DNA of 63,971 nt, counting the filler, from an uncultured Methanosarcinales archaeon (lineage in GTDB: Archaea; Nanobdellota; Nanobdellia; Woesearchaeales; UBA12501): the NCBI GenBank assembly GCA_964397315.1. It is 7 parts of 4 records of this genome, joined end to end, with 100 filler letters (N's around TTAATTAATTAA, not from the genome) between each part and the next. Parts side by side here need not be neighbours in the genome. Positions count along the whole stretch, not along the records: positions 27,154 to 50,319 come from CAYNHV010000002.1; positions 50,420 to 51,499 come from CAYNHV010000004.1; positions 51,600 to 57,830 come from CAYNHV010000004.1; 4 more parts are not named here. One strand, given 5' to 3'. This document shows, piece after piece, positions 46,312-55,721 of the stretch. Position numbers and translations under genes: made by a program. The notes under the pieces are model-generated. The model ran no database searches. It was not told the origin of the DNA and saw only the letters and a program-made list of their open reading frames with translations. Position 1 is the stretch's first letter. The number at the start of each line of letters is the position of its first letter.

Positions 46312-46499
46312 AGCCCCGTAGTCTAGCGGTCAGCTGCAGCAGCAAGCGAGCAAGCTGGCGCCCGCAGAAGGATCTTTGGCTCTGGTGAGCGAAGTGCCTG
46401 AACTTCGCTCAGGGAGACCAAAGGACCACGGTTCGAAATGGGCTGAGCAGGCTGAGCATAAAAGCGGCACGCTCTCCCACGCACTTCCGTGCGGGGCTA
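46312..46499 (+). tRNA. tRNA-Gln(CUG) with three introns
   Basis: A1:U72 acceptor AGCCCCG/CGGGGCT; removing 46332-46367, 46386-46416 and 46438-46485 leaves a 73-nt cloverleaf. Confidence 0.85.
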
Positions 46500-46618
46500 T
46501 TTTTCACCACTCTCTTTTTCTCACCTCTGCTTTCTTTTCCTCATCTCTGCTATGCCCCCTCCTTTGTCATGCCCTGCCTTACCTCAAATTTAAAAGTGAC
46601 CTCCCATTCATGTATATA

Positions 46619-47956
46619 ATGGCTGAAAAACGCGTTCAGAAATTCATAAGAAACCCAAAAAGGGCCCTGTTCACGCTTGCATGGCCGATTCTCATGGGCA
46701 TGTTTGTGCAGACAATGTACAACATAGTGGATACTGCATTCGTTGGCAGGCTGGGCGCTGACTCAATAGCAGCCCTCACCTTTGCATTCCCTGTTTTCTT
46801 CTTCTTTATAGCAATGACAGCAGGAGTAGGAGCTGGGATAAGCTCAAGGGTGGCAAGGTTTATGGGTGAGAACAGGAGGCGGGATGCTGAAAGCACCTCA
46901 TCTCATGGCATAATAATAGCCCTCCTGCTTGCGCTGGTGCTTTTTGCAGCAGGATACCCTCTTGCAGAGGGCATACTATCCATTGTGGGAGCTGAGGGCA
47001 ATGTGCTTGAGCTTTCAACAGCATACCTGAGGATAATCCTTTCAGGAATGTTCTTCATGTTTCCTGCTTTTGCGATCAATTATACTTTCCAGGGGCAGGG
47101 AGACACAAAGACACCCATGAAGATACATGCAGGCACCCTCCTCCTCAACATAATCCTGGATCCTGTGTTCATATATGTCCTGGGCTATGGGGTTAAGGGA
47201 GCTGCGATGGCAACTGTCCTGTCTTTCATGACAGGCCTGGCCGCATTTTCGTTCTTCATCAGAAGGGCCAGAGTAAGGCCGAGGTTGAGGGGGCTGCGCA
47301 TCTCGCTGCTCAGGTTCTATGAGATAATGAAAGTTGGCATTCCCGCGGCCCTGATGATGCTGATAATGTCATTCTACTTCACCCTGCTGAACAATGTCAT
47401 GGCCCGCTTCGGAACTGATTATGTGGCTGCTTTCGGGATGTCAGCAAGGCTGGAAAGCCTTGCAATAATGCCAATAGTGGCTTTCTCTCTTGCGCTTCTC
47501 GCCCTGGTGGGAATGTTCTACGGAGCAGGAAAGTACATGCTGCTCAAGAACACAATACTCTACACCATGAAGCTGGCAGTGCTTGCAAGCGCGGGAATAG
47601 GGGCTTTGATATTCATCTTCACTGACATGTTCTTCAGGATATTCACAGAGAACCTCTTCCTTATAGGGCTGGGCTCTGCCTACATGAAGATCAATGTTTT
47701 CACTCTCCCCCTGATAGCCATCAGCATAACAGTGAGCAGGGCCCTGCAGGGCATGGGGATGGGCATGCCCGGCCTTGTCATCAACATTGTGAGGGTTTTT
47801 GTGGTTTCAATACCCCTGGCTTACATATTTGTGTTCCTGGCAGACATGGGATACCTGTCTGTTGCAGTGGCAATGGTACTTGGGGCCCTGGTGGCTGTTT
47901 CTGTGGCTCTCACATGGCTGAAGGTCATAATAGGAAGGTGCGAGAGAAAGGCTTAG
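46619..47956 (+). CDS. MATE family efflux transporter
   Basis: YNIVDT.FVG.LG, GDTKTPM, NIILDP, GAA.AT; start moved past the tRNA. Confidence 0.93.
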   Translation: MAEKRVQKFIRNPKRALFTLAWPILMGMFVQTMYNIVDTAFVGRLGADSIAALTFAFPVFFFFIAMTAGVGAGISSRVARFMGENRRRDAESTSSHGIIIALLLALVLFAAGYPLAEGILSIVGAEGNVLELSTAYLRIILSGMFFMFPAFAINYTFQGQGDTKTPMKIHAGTLLLNIILDPVFIYVLGYGVKGAAMATVLSFMTGLAAFSFFIRRARVRPRLRGLRISLLRFYEIMKVGIPAALMMLIMSFYFTLLNNVMARFGTDYVAAFGMSARLESLAIMPIVAFSLALLALVGMFYGAGKYMLLKNTILYTMKLAVLASAGIGALIFIFTDMFFRIFTENLFLIGLGSAYMKINVFTLPLIAISITVSRALQGMGMGMPGLVINIVRVFVVSIPLAYIFVFLADMGYLSVAVAMVLGALVAVSVALTWLKVIIGRCERKA

Positions 47957-48060
47957 AGAGAAAAGATTAGCTTCAAACCAGATGGAAGCTTAAATAATAT
48001 TTAAATACCCTCTCCCCTTACCATTAGAAAAGGCATTAAAAGAGGCAATTGAAGGTGATA

Positions 48061-48684
48061 ATGATGAGAAACATGATATTTTGCGCGATGATTGCTGCCC
48101 TGCTGCTGGCAGCAGGCTGCAGCAATGGAGAAGCCGATGATACAAGCAAAGGAGATATAAACAGTTTTGAGGAGTGTGTTGAGGCAGGAAACCCTGTGAT
48201 GGAGTCCTATCCGAGACAGTGCAGGGCAGACAGCAGGGTATTTGTTGAGGAAGTGAATGATACAGAAGGCCCCTCAGAGCATTACTGCACTGAAGAGGAG
48301 AAGGCAGCTGACTTCTGCACTATGCATTATGATCCTGTCTGCGGTGATAATGGGAAGATTTACAGCAACGGATGCGTGGCCTGCTCCAGCGGGGAGATAG
48401 AGAGCTACACTCCGGGAGAGTGCGGGGAGAGCGGGGAAATCAGAAATGAGAAATCCTTTCTTGATTATGAGGGGGCGGCAGCAATAGCTGCTGAAAGCGA
48501 GTGCACAGAGAAGGGGAGCTTGACAGAAAGCTATAATTACAACAATAACAGCAGGACGTGGTGGATAGACCTTGACATGAAGGAGGAGTTTGCAAAGGAA
48601 GGCTGCAATCCTGCCTGCGTTGTCCATGAAGAGACGCGGAACGCGACAATAAACTGGAGATGCACAGGCCTGGTGAGTGAATGA
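48061..48684 (+). CDS. Cys-rich lipoprotein with Kazal-like domain
   Basis: Lipobox LLAAGC; SFEEC..AGNPVMESYPRQC; CTMHYDPVCG...YSN.C.AC. Confidence 0.8.
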   Translation: MMRNMIFCAMIAALLLAAGCSNGEADDTSKGDINSFEECVEAGNPVMESYPRQCRADSRVFVEEVNDTEGPSEHYCTEEEKAADFCTMHYDPVCGDNGKIYSNGCVACSSGEIESYTPGECGESGEIRNEKSFLDYEGAAAIAAESECTEKGSLTESYNYNNNSRTWWIDLDMKEEFAKEGCNPACVVHEETRNATINWRCTGLVSE

Positions 48685-48738
48685 ATCGTGGGCTGAAGTA
48701 TAGCAGAATAATTATGATAAAAGAGGCAAAATGGAGGG

Positions 48739-49632
48739 ATGAGAATGGCAATTGGAAATCAGCTGAAGAGGATTAAGGATAACTGGCTGCTTGTGCTGCT
48801 GGTGATAGTGCTGGCTCTTGGGGTCGTGGCATCAGGCAGCATGGTCAGCCTCATAGGAGGAGCAACGTACAAGACAGCGCAGGGCATGACAGCAATGCCT
48901 GAAGCTGCAATGAATTCAATGGCTTACAGGGGAGGAGTATACCCCCAGCCAACAGAGGACTTCGCGCCTGAGACAGAGGAGAGGAAGATAACAAAGACAG
49001 CGCAGCTCTCCTCAGAGGTTGAGAGAGACGACTTCAAGAAAGAGGAGTCAAGGCTTAAGGCAATAGTGGAGTCAAGCGACTCTTTTATTCTAAGCGAGAA
49101 TGTTGACAGGGTAGGCGAGGGCTGGAAAGGGTATTATCACGGCTATTACAGGATAAAGGTTGAGGCTGACAAGTATGATTCTGTCATAACCCAGCTCAAG
49201 GATATAGGAGAGGTGCAGTCTTTTAACGAGAATGCTGTTGACGTGACAGGAAGATACACAGACCTCAATGTTGAGCTTGAGGCAGAGAAGGACAAGCTCC
49301 AGAGGTACAAGGACCTTTACAGCCAGGCAGAGAACATAGAGGACAGGATAGACCTTACTGACAGGATAGCCAGGCAGGAAAGGACTGTCAAATACCTGGA
49401 GGATGCAGTGGAGAACATTGACAAGAGAGTCACCTACTCAACCATAACAGTGACACTTACTGAGGAGAAGTCAGGATTTTACGGCCTCAGGTTTGTCAAG
49501 CTATCAGAGCTCGCAGCAGGATTTGTCAAGAGCCTGAAAAGCCTGCTTGTATTTGTGGCATACATACTGCCCTGGGTGATAGCACTGCTCTTAATCTTGC
49601 TCGCGGTAAGGAAAGCCAGGGCAAGAAAGTAG
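48739..49632 (+). CDS. DUF4349 domain protein
   Basis: RKITKTA.L, DVT..Y.D, V.YSTI.V.L.E, terminal TMs. Confidence 0.85.
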   Translation: MRMAIGNQLKRIKDNWLLVLLVIVLALGVVASGSMVSLIGGATYKTAQGMTAMPEAAMNSMAYRGGVYPQPTEDFAPETEERKITKTAQLSSEVERDDFKKEESRLKAIVESSDSFILSENVDRVGEGWKGYYHGYYRIKVEADKYDSVITQLKDIGEVQSFNENAVDVTGRYTDLNVELEAEKDKLQRYKDLYSQAENIEDRIDLTDRIARQERTVKYLEDAVENIDKRVTYSTITVTLTEEKSGFYGLRFVKLSELAAGFVKSLKSLLVFVAYILPWVIALLLILLAVRKARARK

Positions 49633-49678
49633 GCCTACAGTAAACTTTTTATTTTTCTTCTTTTCTTTCCTTATTCTC

Positions 49679-50011
49679 ATGATAACCTGCAAGGACTGCA
49701 ACGGCGACTGCTGCAGGAAGCTCGCGGTCCAGATTGACACCCCAAAGACAAAGAGGGATTTTGAGGACATAAAATGGTATCTCTACCATGAGGGAATCTC
49801 TGTCTACATTGACAATGAGGGTGACTGGCTTGTGCAGCTTCCCAGCAGGTGCACGCATCTGAAGAGGGACGGGAAGTGTGCAATATACGAGAGAAGGCCC
49901 CCTGTGTGCAGGGAGGCTAAAGTAAGCGAATGCGAGAGGAACATTAAGGAGACAAGGGTGTTGTTCTCAAAGCCTGAGGATATTGAAAAGTACCTTAAGA
50001 AAAAGAGATAA
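49679..50011 (+). CDS. YkgJ family cysteine cluster protein
   Basis: C..C.G.CC, C..L....C.IYE.RP..CR. Confidence 0.92.
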   Translation: MITCKDCNGDCCRKLAVQIDTPKTKRDFEDIKWYLYHEGISVYIDNEGDWLVQLPSRCTHLKRDGKCAIYERRPPVCREAKVSECERNIKETRVLFSKPEDIEKYLKKKR

Positions 50012-50013
50012 TC

Positions 50014-50319
50014 CTAATAATAATCTCCGTGCCCCTCTGGCTCTTTTTTGCCAAAGAACGGCCTGTCATAATCGTATCTCCTGTAGTGCGAAGGCAAGTC
50101 CTGCGCTGTCCTGTACACATCCCCCATTGCAGAAGGGTCTTCTTTTGCATTGTAAAGGTTGACTGACCCTGTCAGGTAAGCTCCCTTAGGGTTAAGATGC
50201 CTGGAGTTTGAGAGGTCTGTCTGGGAGAGCTCTGCGTTCCTGAAGTCAGCTCCCTCAAGGTTCGCGCCTGACATGTCAGCCTCCTCAATCCTAGCATACG
50301 AGAAATTAGCTCTGCTCAG
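50014..50319 (-). CDS. Pentapeptide repeat protein (5' truncated)
   Basis: ANFSY ARIEE ADMSG ANLEG ADFRN AELSQ. Confidence 0.8.
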   Translation of the reverse strand: MSRANFSYARIEEADMSGANLEGADFRNAELSQTDLSNSRHLNPKGAYLTGSVNLYNAKEDPSAMGDVYRTAQDLPSHYRRYDYDRPFFGKKEPEGHGDYY

Positions 50320-50419
50320 NNNNNNNNNNNNNNNNNNNNNNNNNNNNNNNNNNNNNNNNNNNNTTAATTAATTAANNNNNNNNNNNNNNNNNNNNNNNNN
50401 NNNNNNNNNNNNNNNNNNN
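50320..50419. other. Artificial contig linker
   Basis: N run, TTAATTAATTAA, N run. Confidence 0.99.
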
Positions 50420-50530
50420 CTAAGAAAATATGGAATATTTTCTGTTGTTGCAGTTTTCGGCTTTGTGGAAATAATAATTCAGAGATGGCATGGCATAACC
50501 TCACCTCTGTTCAGGCTGCTCAGCCGGTTC

Positions 50531-51478
50531 TCAGCCCCACAATGGCAGGAGAAAGAATACCTTGAATGCAGCATAGGCAAAAAACAGGGTGATGAGCACG
50601 ACAGCCTCCCACCTGAAAAGCTTGTGCTTCCAGTAGAAGAAAAAGAGAACTATAAGAGAAAGCAGGAACCAGACTGGAATGTCATAGAAGAGCAGGTACT
50701 TGTCCACAGTGTAGCCTGATATTCCAGCCCCTATGCCAAGAGCCAGCAGGGGGTTTGTGATGTTGGAGCCCACCAAAGTCCCCAAGGAGATGTCATTAGC
50801 TTTCCTGAGTATCCCCACAAGAGCTGTGGTTAGTTCAGGCAGGCCAGTCCCTATTCCTATTATGAGGGTTCCAATAAATGACTCAGCCACGCCCCAGTTC
50901 CTGGAGAGAAACACCGCCTTGTCAACAACAATATCAGCGCAGAACAGGAGCATGCCTATTCCCAGCGCGATGAGAACAAAATCCTTGATGTAATTGGTCT
51001 GAAAGGGATTTTTCTCAAGAATCTTTTCATTTTTTCCAAGATAAGCAATATAGATGATGTAGAGCACTGCAAGCACAGCTCCTTCAATCCTGCCTATGTA
51101 TCCTCCAAGTGAGAACAGCCAAATCAGGACTATGCCTCCAAGCATGACAGGATAATCCCTCTTCATTATTGTCTCAGAAGATCTTATGGTCAAAAGCAAG
51201 CCCACAATACCCACTATGAATGATATCTGGAAAAGGTTTGAGCCAACATTTGTTCCAACAGCAATGCCTGATGTCTCCATCCCCTTGAGTATGTCAATGC
51301 TGGAGATGACATGAGTGGCTATCTCAGGAAGTGAAGTGCCTATTGAGAGTACGGTCAGGCCCATGAATGCTCCTGATATGTTAAGAGACTTTGCGACCCT
51401 CTGGGATGAGTTGATCACCAGGTCAGCGCCTAACCACAACCCTATGATTCCCAGCACCATCAGAATGAAGCTAATCAT
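50531..51478 (-). CDS. Calcium/sodium antiporter (CaCA family)
   Basis: GTSLPE/GTGLPE and GSN alpha repeats. Confidence 0.93.
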   Translation of the reverse strand: MISFILMVLGIIGLWLGADLVINSSQRVAKSLNISGAFMGLTVLSIGTSLPEIATHVISSIDILKGMETSGIAVGTNVGSNLFQISFIVGIVGLLLTIRSSETIMKRDYPVMLGGIVLIWLFSLGGYIGRIEGAVLAVLYIIYIAYLGKNEKILEKNPFQTNYIKDFVLIALGIGMLLFCADIVVDKAVFLSRNWGVAESFIGTLIIGIGTGLPELTTALVGILRKANDISLGTLVGSNITNPLLALGIGAGISGYTVDKYLLFYDIPVWFLLSLIVLFFFYWKHKLFRWEAVVLITLFFAYAAFKVFFLLPLWG

Positions 51479-51499
51479 TTTAATTTCCCGGTTCAGCCT

Positions 51500-51599
51500 N
51501 NNNNNNNNNNNNNNNNNNNNNNNNNNNNNNNNNNNNNNNNNNNTTAATTAATTAANNNNNNNNNNNNNNNNNNNNNNNNNNNNNNNNNNNNNNNNNNNN
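51500..51599. other. Artificial contig linker
   Basis: N run, TTAATTAATTAA, N run. Confidence 0.99.
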
Positions 51600-51988
51600 G
51601 CACAAAGGAGGCGGGAGAGATAAAGCTCCTGAAATCATCAAAGATACAGGACGGCATTGTGAGAATCACCTTTGTGGCCGGAAAGGCTGCTAAAGCTGAA
51701 GAAAAGGCAGAAGAGGATGTTATTAAAAAGGCTGCCGCGATACTGGGCTGCGATCCTGACCAGGTGCCTTGCAGGGCAGAAGAGCTTTTCAAGCTGTGGA
51801 AAAAGGTGGTTAAGAAAAAGAAGAGTGTTGATTCAACCCAGCTGTGCTCAGAAGAAAGGTCAGAAGGAGACCTCATCGCGCAGACAGCAGAGATACTCAA
51901 GACCCAGCCGGAGAACATAACCAACACATTAAGCAGGTTCAGGAGGGAGCTGGAGGGGGCTGCTGGAAAAGGAAAACAGAAGCCCTGA
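51600..51988 (+). CDS. alaS: Alanine--tRNA ligase C-terminal fragment (5' truncated)
   Basis: TKEAGEIKLLKSSKIQDGIVRITFVAG matches end of archaeal AlaRS editing domain. Confidence 0.8.
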
Positions 51989-52065
51989 AAGCACAATATT
52001 TATATACCTATATATCATTTCTGTATATAATAAAGGGCATTGAGCCCGCACTCCGAGGGGTTGGA

Positions 52066-52200
52066 ATGGATTTTCTGACAGAAAAGATCGTCAAGTGCGC
52101 AGTCTGCGGAAAAGAGTTTCTTGCTATCGGAGATACCAATGATGACGAGACCTACTTCTGCTCTGCTGAATGCAGCGAAAGGTTTGAGGAGAATAAGTGA
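52066..52200 (+). CDS. 44-aa zinc-binding (TRASH-like) protein
   Basis: CAVCGKEF...YFCSAEC; GAGGGG RBS. Confidence 0.7.
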   Translation: MDFLTEKIVKCAVCGKEFLAIGDTNDDETYFCSAECSERFEENK

Positions 52201-52257
52201 GAAAATGAGGGCTGTGAGGAGTAAACTTTATTTAACCCCTCCCTTCTCAGGCATTGC

Positions 52258-53274
52258 ATGAAGAGGCATCTTGAAAAGCGCTATGAGGCCCTCAAGTACA
52301 ACAGGAACTTTGAGAAGCTCAATGTAGAGTTCCTTATCGTAACTCTTGCAGAGAATATTGAGTATATCATTCTTGTCCTGACCGCCCTGGGCCTGCTCGG
52401 CCTGGCAAGCTTTGACCTTGACCCCAACCATTTCCCCAGGCTGGGGCTGGAGCAGCAGTGGGCTTACATGAAGTCAGTGAGCTACAACCCTTTCATAATA
52501 TACGCGCATTTCATCTGGGTGTTCTTCCTCATAACAAAGGGTTTCGCGCTCGGATTCTTCAACACCATAAAGTCAGCATCCTATACTGCGCTTGCCACAG
52601 CTTTTTTGATAGTGAACATCTGGCTTGCGTATTCAAAGCTGAGATATGGCTACTCCAGCAGCACTGCAAAAAGACATAATGTGTTCCTGGACATGCTCAA
52701 GAAGTACCTTTACACCTCAACACTCATAGAGAGGTCCTTGTGGACGTTGTTTTTCATAGACCTGATGGTTTTCCTCACTTCGCCGAGCAGGACAGAGATA
52801 TACTTCCTGCTGGGGCTTTACGCGCTCATACTGAGCGTCAAGCTCGTACCAGGACTGTCAAGAGCAATAATCTCTCTCTCAAGAAAGCTTGAGAAGACAT
52901 TCATCAGGGACAGGTATGTCCAGATAGGTGTTGCTCTTGTTGATATCGTTCTTGTTTACTTTGACAGCACAAGCCTTTTCACCCTCCTGGCCATGGTGAT
53001 AACATACAACCTCGTGGCCCAGCTTGTTTTCAAGTTCCTGAAGGGCGCTAAGCCGGCGCTGAAGGTTGCGTATTACGCGTTCAACCTCGGCATATTCATA
53101 TTCTTCGGCAGCCTTATAGCAGTGTACCTTATCTCCTATGCTGTCGTGCTCGTAGCGCAGAGCCCGCTCATAGCAGCGTATTACTACAAGAAGAAGCGAA
53201 TGCTGCCCACCTGGGCTATGGAAGTCGTTAATGGAGCCTTTATAGTGGTGTTCATACATATGATATTCTTTTAA
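52258..53274 (+). CDS. Hypothetical polytopic membrane protein
   Basis: Long ORF with about nine hydrophobic segments. Confidence 0.75.
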   Translation: MKRHLEKRYEALKYNRNFEKLNVEFLIVTLAENIEYIILVLTALGLLGLASFDLDPNHFPRLGLEQQWAYMKSVSYNPFIIYAHFIWVFFLITKGFALGFFNTIKSASYTALATAFLIVNIWLAYSKLRYGYSSSTAKRHNVFLDMLKKYLYTSTLIERSLWTLFFIDLMVFLTSPSRTEIYFLLGLYALILSVKLVPGLSRAIISLSRKLEKTFIRDRYVQIGVALVDIVLVYFDSTSLFTLLAMVITYNLVAQLVFKFLKGAKPALKVAYYAFNLGIFIFFGSLIAVYLISYAVVLVAQSPLIAAYYYKKKRMLPTWAMEVVNGAFIVVFIHMIFF

Positions 53275-53369
53275 GCCAAATAGCCGCGGGGAAAGGCGGA
53301 TAAACAGCCTCCTAAAAGGCTGTCTCAGCATTTTCACAGGCTACTCAAGATTCATAAAGTATAACATGC

Positions 53370-54605
53370 TTAACATGGAGCCTCCTTCCTGGAGGTGATA
53401 AACCCTGTCAGTTTCCTCTGCTCCTTCATGCTCTTCAGCAGCCAGCTCTTCCTGATGATGCTGTCCAGCTCATAGCCGAACTTCTTCTTCACAAGCTGCT
53501 TCGCGTAATTGAGCATAAGCTCTTTTGAGCCAAACTCAAGGGGCCTTGACTGCAGGGCCTTTCTCGTGGCTTCCCTCACGACCCACACGCCGAGCGGAGC
53601 CCAGTACTCTCCTGTTATGAACCTGAGGCACAAACAACTTCCATGCCTCCTGATCTCTTTCAGCTTCTCTGCAACAGCAAGCCTTGCAGCGTAATAGCCT
53701 CCGGCTGTCTCATGCGCGTACTCCTTCCTGCCGCTGCAGCCCTCGTAATTGGTGGCAAAAGGCCATTCATAGTCAGCTCCCCCAACATATGTCTCAAACA
53801 GCTCATATGACCAGACATCAGGAAAGAAGAGTATGATATAATAATTGCCCAGGTGGCCTCCGAAATAAGCAAGGTATCCTGTCTCAGGATACTGCTTTTC
53901 CTTGACCTCTTTCAGCAGGCTCTTACATACATGGTCGTCAACTGCTGTTATGCTCCACCTAGTGGGAACAAGCTTCTTGTTTTTTCTCAGCCCGAGAGTG
54001 CCTGCGCTGAGTATCCTGGTAAGGTAATGCTCGTCATAGCCCTTGCTGTAGAGGGTGTTCACAGCTTCATTCGCCCTTATATCATCATCAACAACCTTTT
54101 CCACCTTCAGGGGTATGGAGGGATTCTCTGTTATCTGGGCCCTTTTCAAGCCAACCCTCGGCCCATAGGGTGCTGTCTCCTGTCCGAAGTTAAGAGAGAA
54201 GCGGGGCTTCTTCTCAAGATTTATTTCCATGTCAACAGGCTTGACTGCCATCGCAACCTCTTTTCCCATCTCAAGAAGCTTTTCTGACTTTCTGGCGTCT
54301 GTAACTTCAGCCCTGAACTGGGAGTTGACAAGCTGGCTTCTCAACCCTATTATCCTGTTGATATCATATCCATCCCTGCTCCACAAGAGAGGGTCATCAT
54401 GGTCTTTGTACTCTTCAACATTGAGAAAGCCGACGTTGAGCCTTGGATATCCGTAGTGGCCCACAAAAACATTAGGGGACTCGCCGAAATAATCCTGCTT
54501 TGCGCTTGTATTTACCTTCTTCTGCGCTGCTATCTTGGCCTGCAAAGGGCAGAATGTCCTGCCGCAGAACAGCCTTCCCTTGCATCTGAGGCATCTTATG
54601 TTCAT
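53370..54605 (-). CDS. nreA: Nre family DNA repair protein
   Basis: C..CKG...CG...CP, LVPTRWSITAVD, GGYYA, PLGVW.VRE, PIP box QRKLTGF. Confidence 0.93.
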   Translation of the reverse strand: MNIRCLRCKGRLFCGRTFCPLQAKIAAQKKVNTSAKQDYFGESPNVFVGHYGYPRLNVGFLNVEEYKDHDDPLLWSRDGYDINRIIGLRSQLVNSQFRAEVTDARKSEKLLEMGKEVAMAVKPVDMEINLEKKPRFSLNFGQETAPYGPRVGLKRAQITENPSIPLKVEKVVDDDIRANEAVNTLYSKGYDEHYLTRILSAGTLGLRKNKKLVPTRWSITAVDDHVCKSLLKEVKEKQYPETGYLAYFGGHLGNYYIILFFPDVWSYELFETYVGGADYEWPFATNYEGCSGRKEYAHETAGGYYAARLAVAEKLKEIRRHGSCLCLRFITGEYWAPLGVWVVREATRKALQSRPLEFGSKELMLNYAKQLVKKKFGYELDSIIRKSWLLKSMKEQRKLTGFITSRKEAPC

Positions 54606-54714
54606 GGTTCCCCCGCTATTAAAGTTGAGGGTTTAGAATAAAAAGGTTTTGATTGGATGACCGGAATATCCAATCATACTGTAACAAAAATCCGCAGCTC
54701 ACGGTTAATAGGCT

Positions 54715-54855
54715 AAAGGTTTCAAAAAGCTAAGCTTTTTGGAACACCAAAAATGAAGATTTTTGATTCCCACGGCTTTAAGCAGCCGCTTTTGGCAGGC
54801 GGATTTTGGAACTTTTAAAAGCTTCCATCTCCGCACTAAAGTGCGGAGCTTCCGG
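54715..54855. repeat. Cluster of short REP-like hairpins
   Basis: CAAAAAGC/GCTTTTTG, CAAAAAT/ATTTTTG, CTCCGCAC/GTGCGGAG. Confidence 0.6.
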
Positions 54856-54857
54856 CT

Positions 54858-55027
54858 TGTCAAAAACCACCGGTCAGAGACCGGTGGCATGAAGCGAAAG
54901 CTTCATTCTCATTCTTTATTGACCTGTGGTTTTTGAGCATGCTCAGAAATATACCCTCTGCGGATATGCCTTTGTGGACTTTGTCCACTGGTTAAATAAA
55001 CCAGTGGTATATTTCTGACATATTAAA
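54858..55027 (+). mobile_element. 170-bp composite MITE/REP-like element, copy A
   Basis: Reverse complement of 62572-62741; two units with TIRs TCAAAAACCAC/GTGGTTTTTGA and TCAGAAATATACC/GGTATATTTCTGA joined at GAGCATGCTC. Confidence 0.85.
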
Positions 55028-55052
55028 AGTAAAACTGCCAGGGCAGGAGCGT

Positions 55053-55613
55053 TCAGAACATGATTATGCTGTATGCTGCAAGCATTGAGACAATTGCAGG
55101 CAGTGTCATGTCACCCAGCCACAAAGGGAGTATGAGTTTCCTGAACCTGTAGCCTGTCAGGGCCAGGCCTCCTGTAAGCACATTGTTCGGGAAAGGCGTG
55201 AAAGCCACATAGGCATACACTATAAGTGGCATGAGCCTGGGCCTTTTTTCAATTCTCCTGAGCAGCTTGTCAAGCCTCTTTTTGGAAGACTCTGAAAAGA
55301 GGATTCTCAGCTTCCTGCCAAAAAGGAAGAAGAAGCTGTCGCCTATGGTCAGTCCTATTCCCGCTATTATTCCGAGTGAGACAGGATTCATGCCACCTGC
55401 AGCAAAAGTGCCTAGGGCAGGATATATGGAGAAAGTGGTAAGGGATGATAATGCGCCGAACACAGCGAGCAGGAAAACAGCAAGGTGGGTTTCCCCCACC
55501 CCAAGTGTGGAAACAAGCTCTTTAGGCCCTATGAAAACAATAAGGGAGGTCCAGAAGACTATGAAGGCGAGCATTGCAAAGAATATGATGTATCTCCTCG
55601 TGTTCCTCTCCAT
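55053..55613 (-). CDS. DedA/VTT-like membrane protein
   Basis: G.G.T.GD...F..GR and TPFPN motifs. Confidence 0.7.
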   Translation of the reverse strand: MERNTRRYIIFFAMLAFIVFWTSLIVFIGPKELVSTLGVGETHLAVFLLAVFGALSSLTTFSIYPALGTFAAGGMNPVSLGIIAGIGLTIGDSFFFLFGRKLRILFSESSKKRLDKLLRRIEKRPRLMPLIVYAYVAFTPFPNNVLTGGLALTGYRFRKLILPLWLGDMTLPAIVSMLAAYSIIMF

Positions 55614-55721
55614 GAGAGCAGCCAGGACAAGATAATATAAATAATTTGCCTGTAATAATTTCTTTTGATGGGTGTCCTGCAGAGAAAAAGAAAATGGAAA
55701 AACAATAAAAGAGTTAAAAGC

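Noticed and set aside
46376..46618. 81-aa N-terminal extension of the MATE ORF
   Set aside because: Overlaps tRNA-Gln; real start is most likely ATG 46619
50420..50719. Open frame at contig start on + strand
   Set aside because: Mostly antisense to the antiporter gene; too little unique sequence to assign
54705..54890. ORFs starting MPPVSDRWFLT (also at 62709)
   Set aside because: Arise from the 170-bp repeat; no coding evidence
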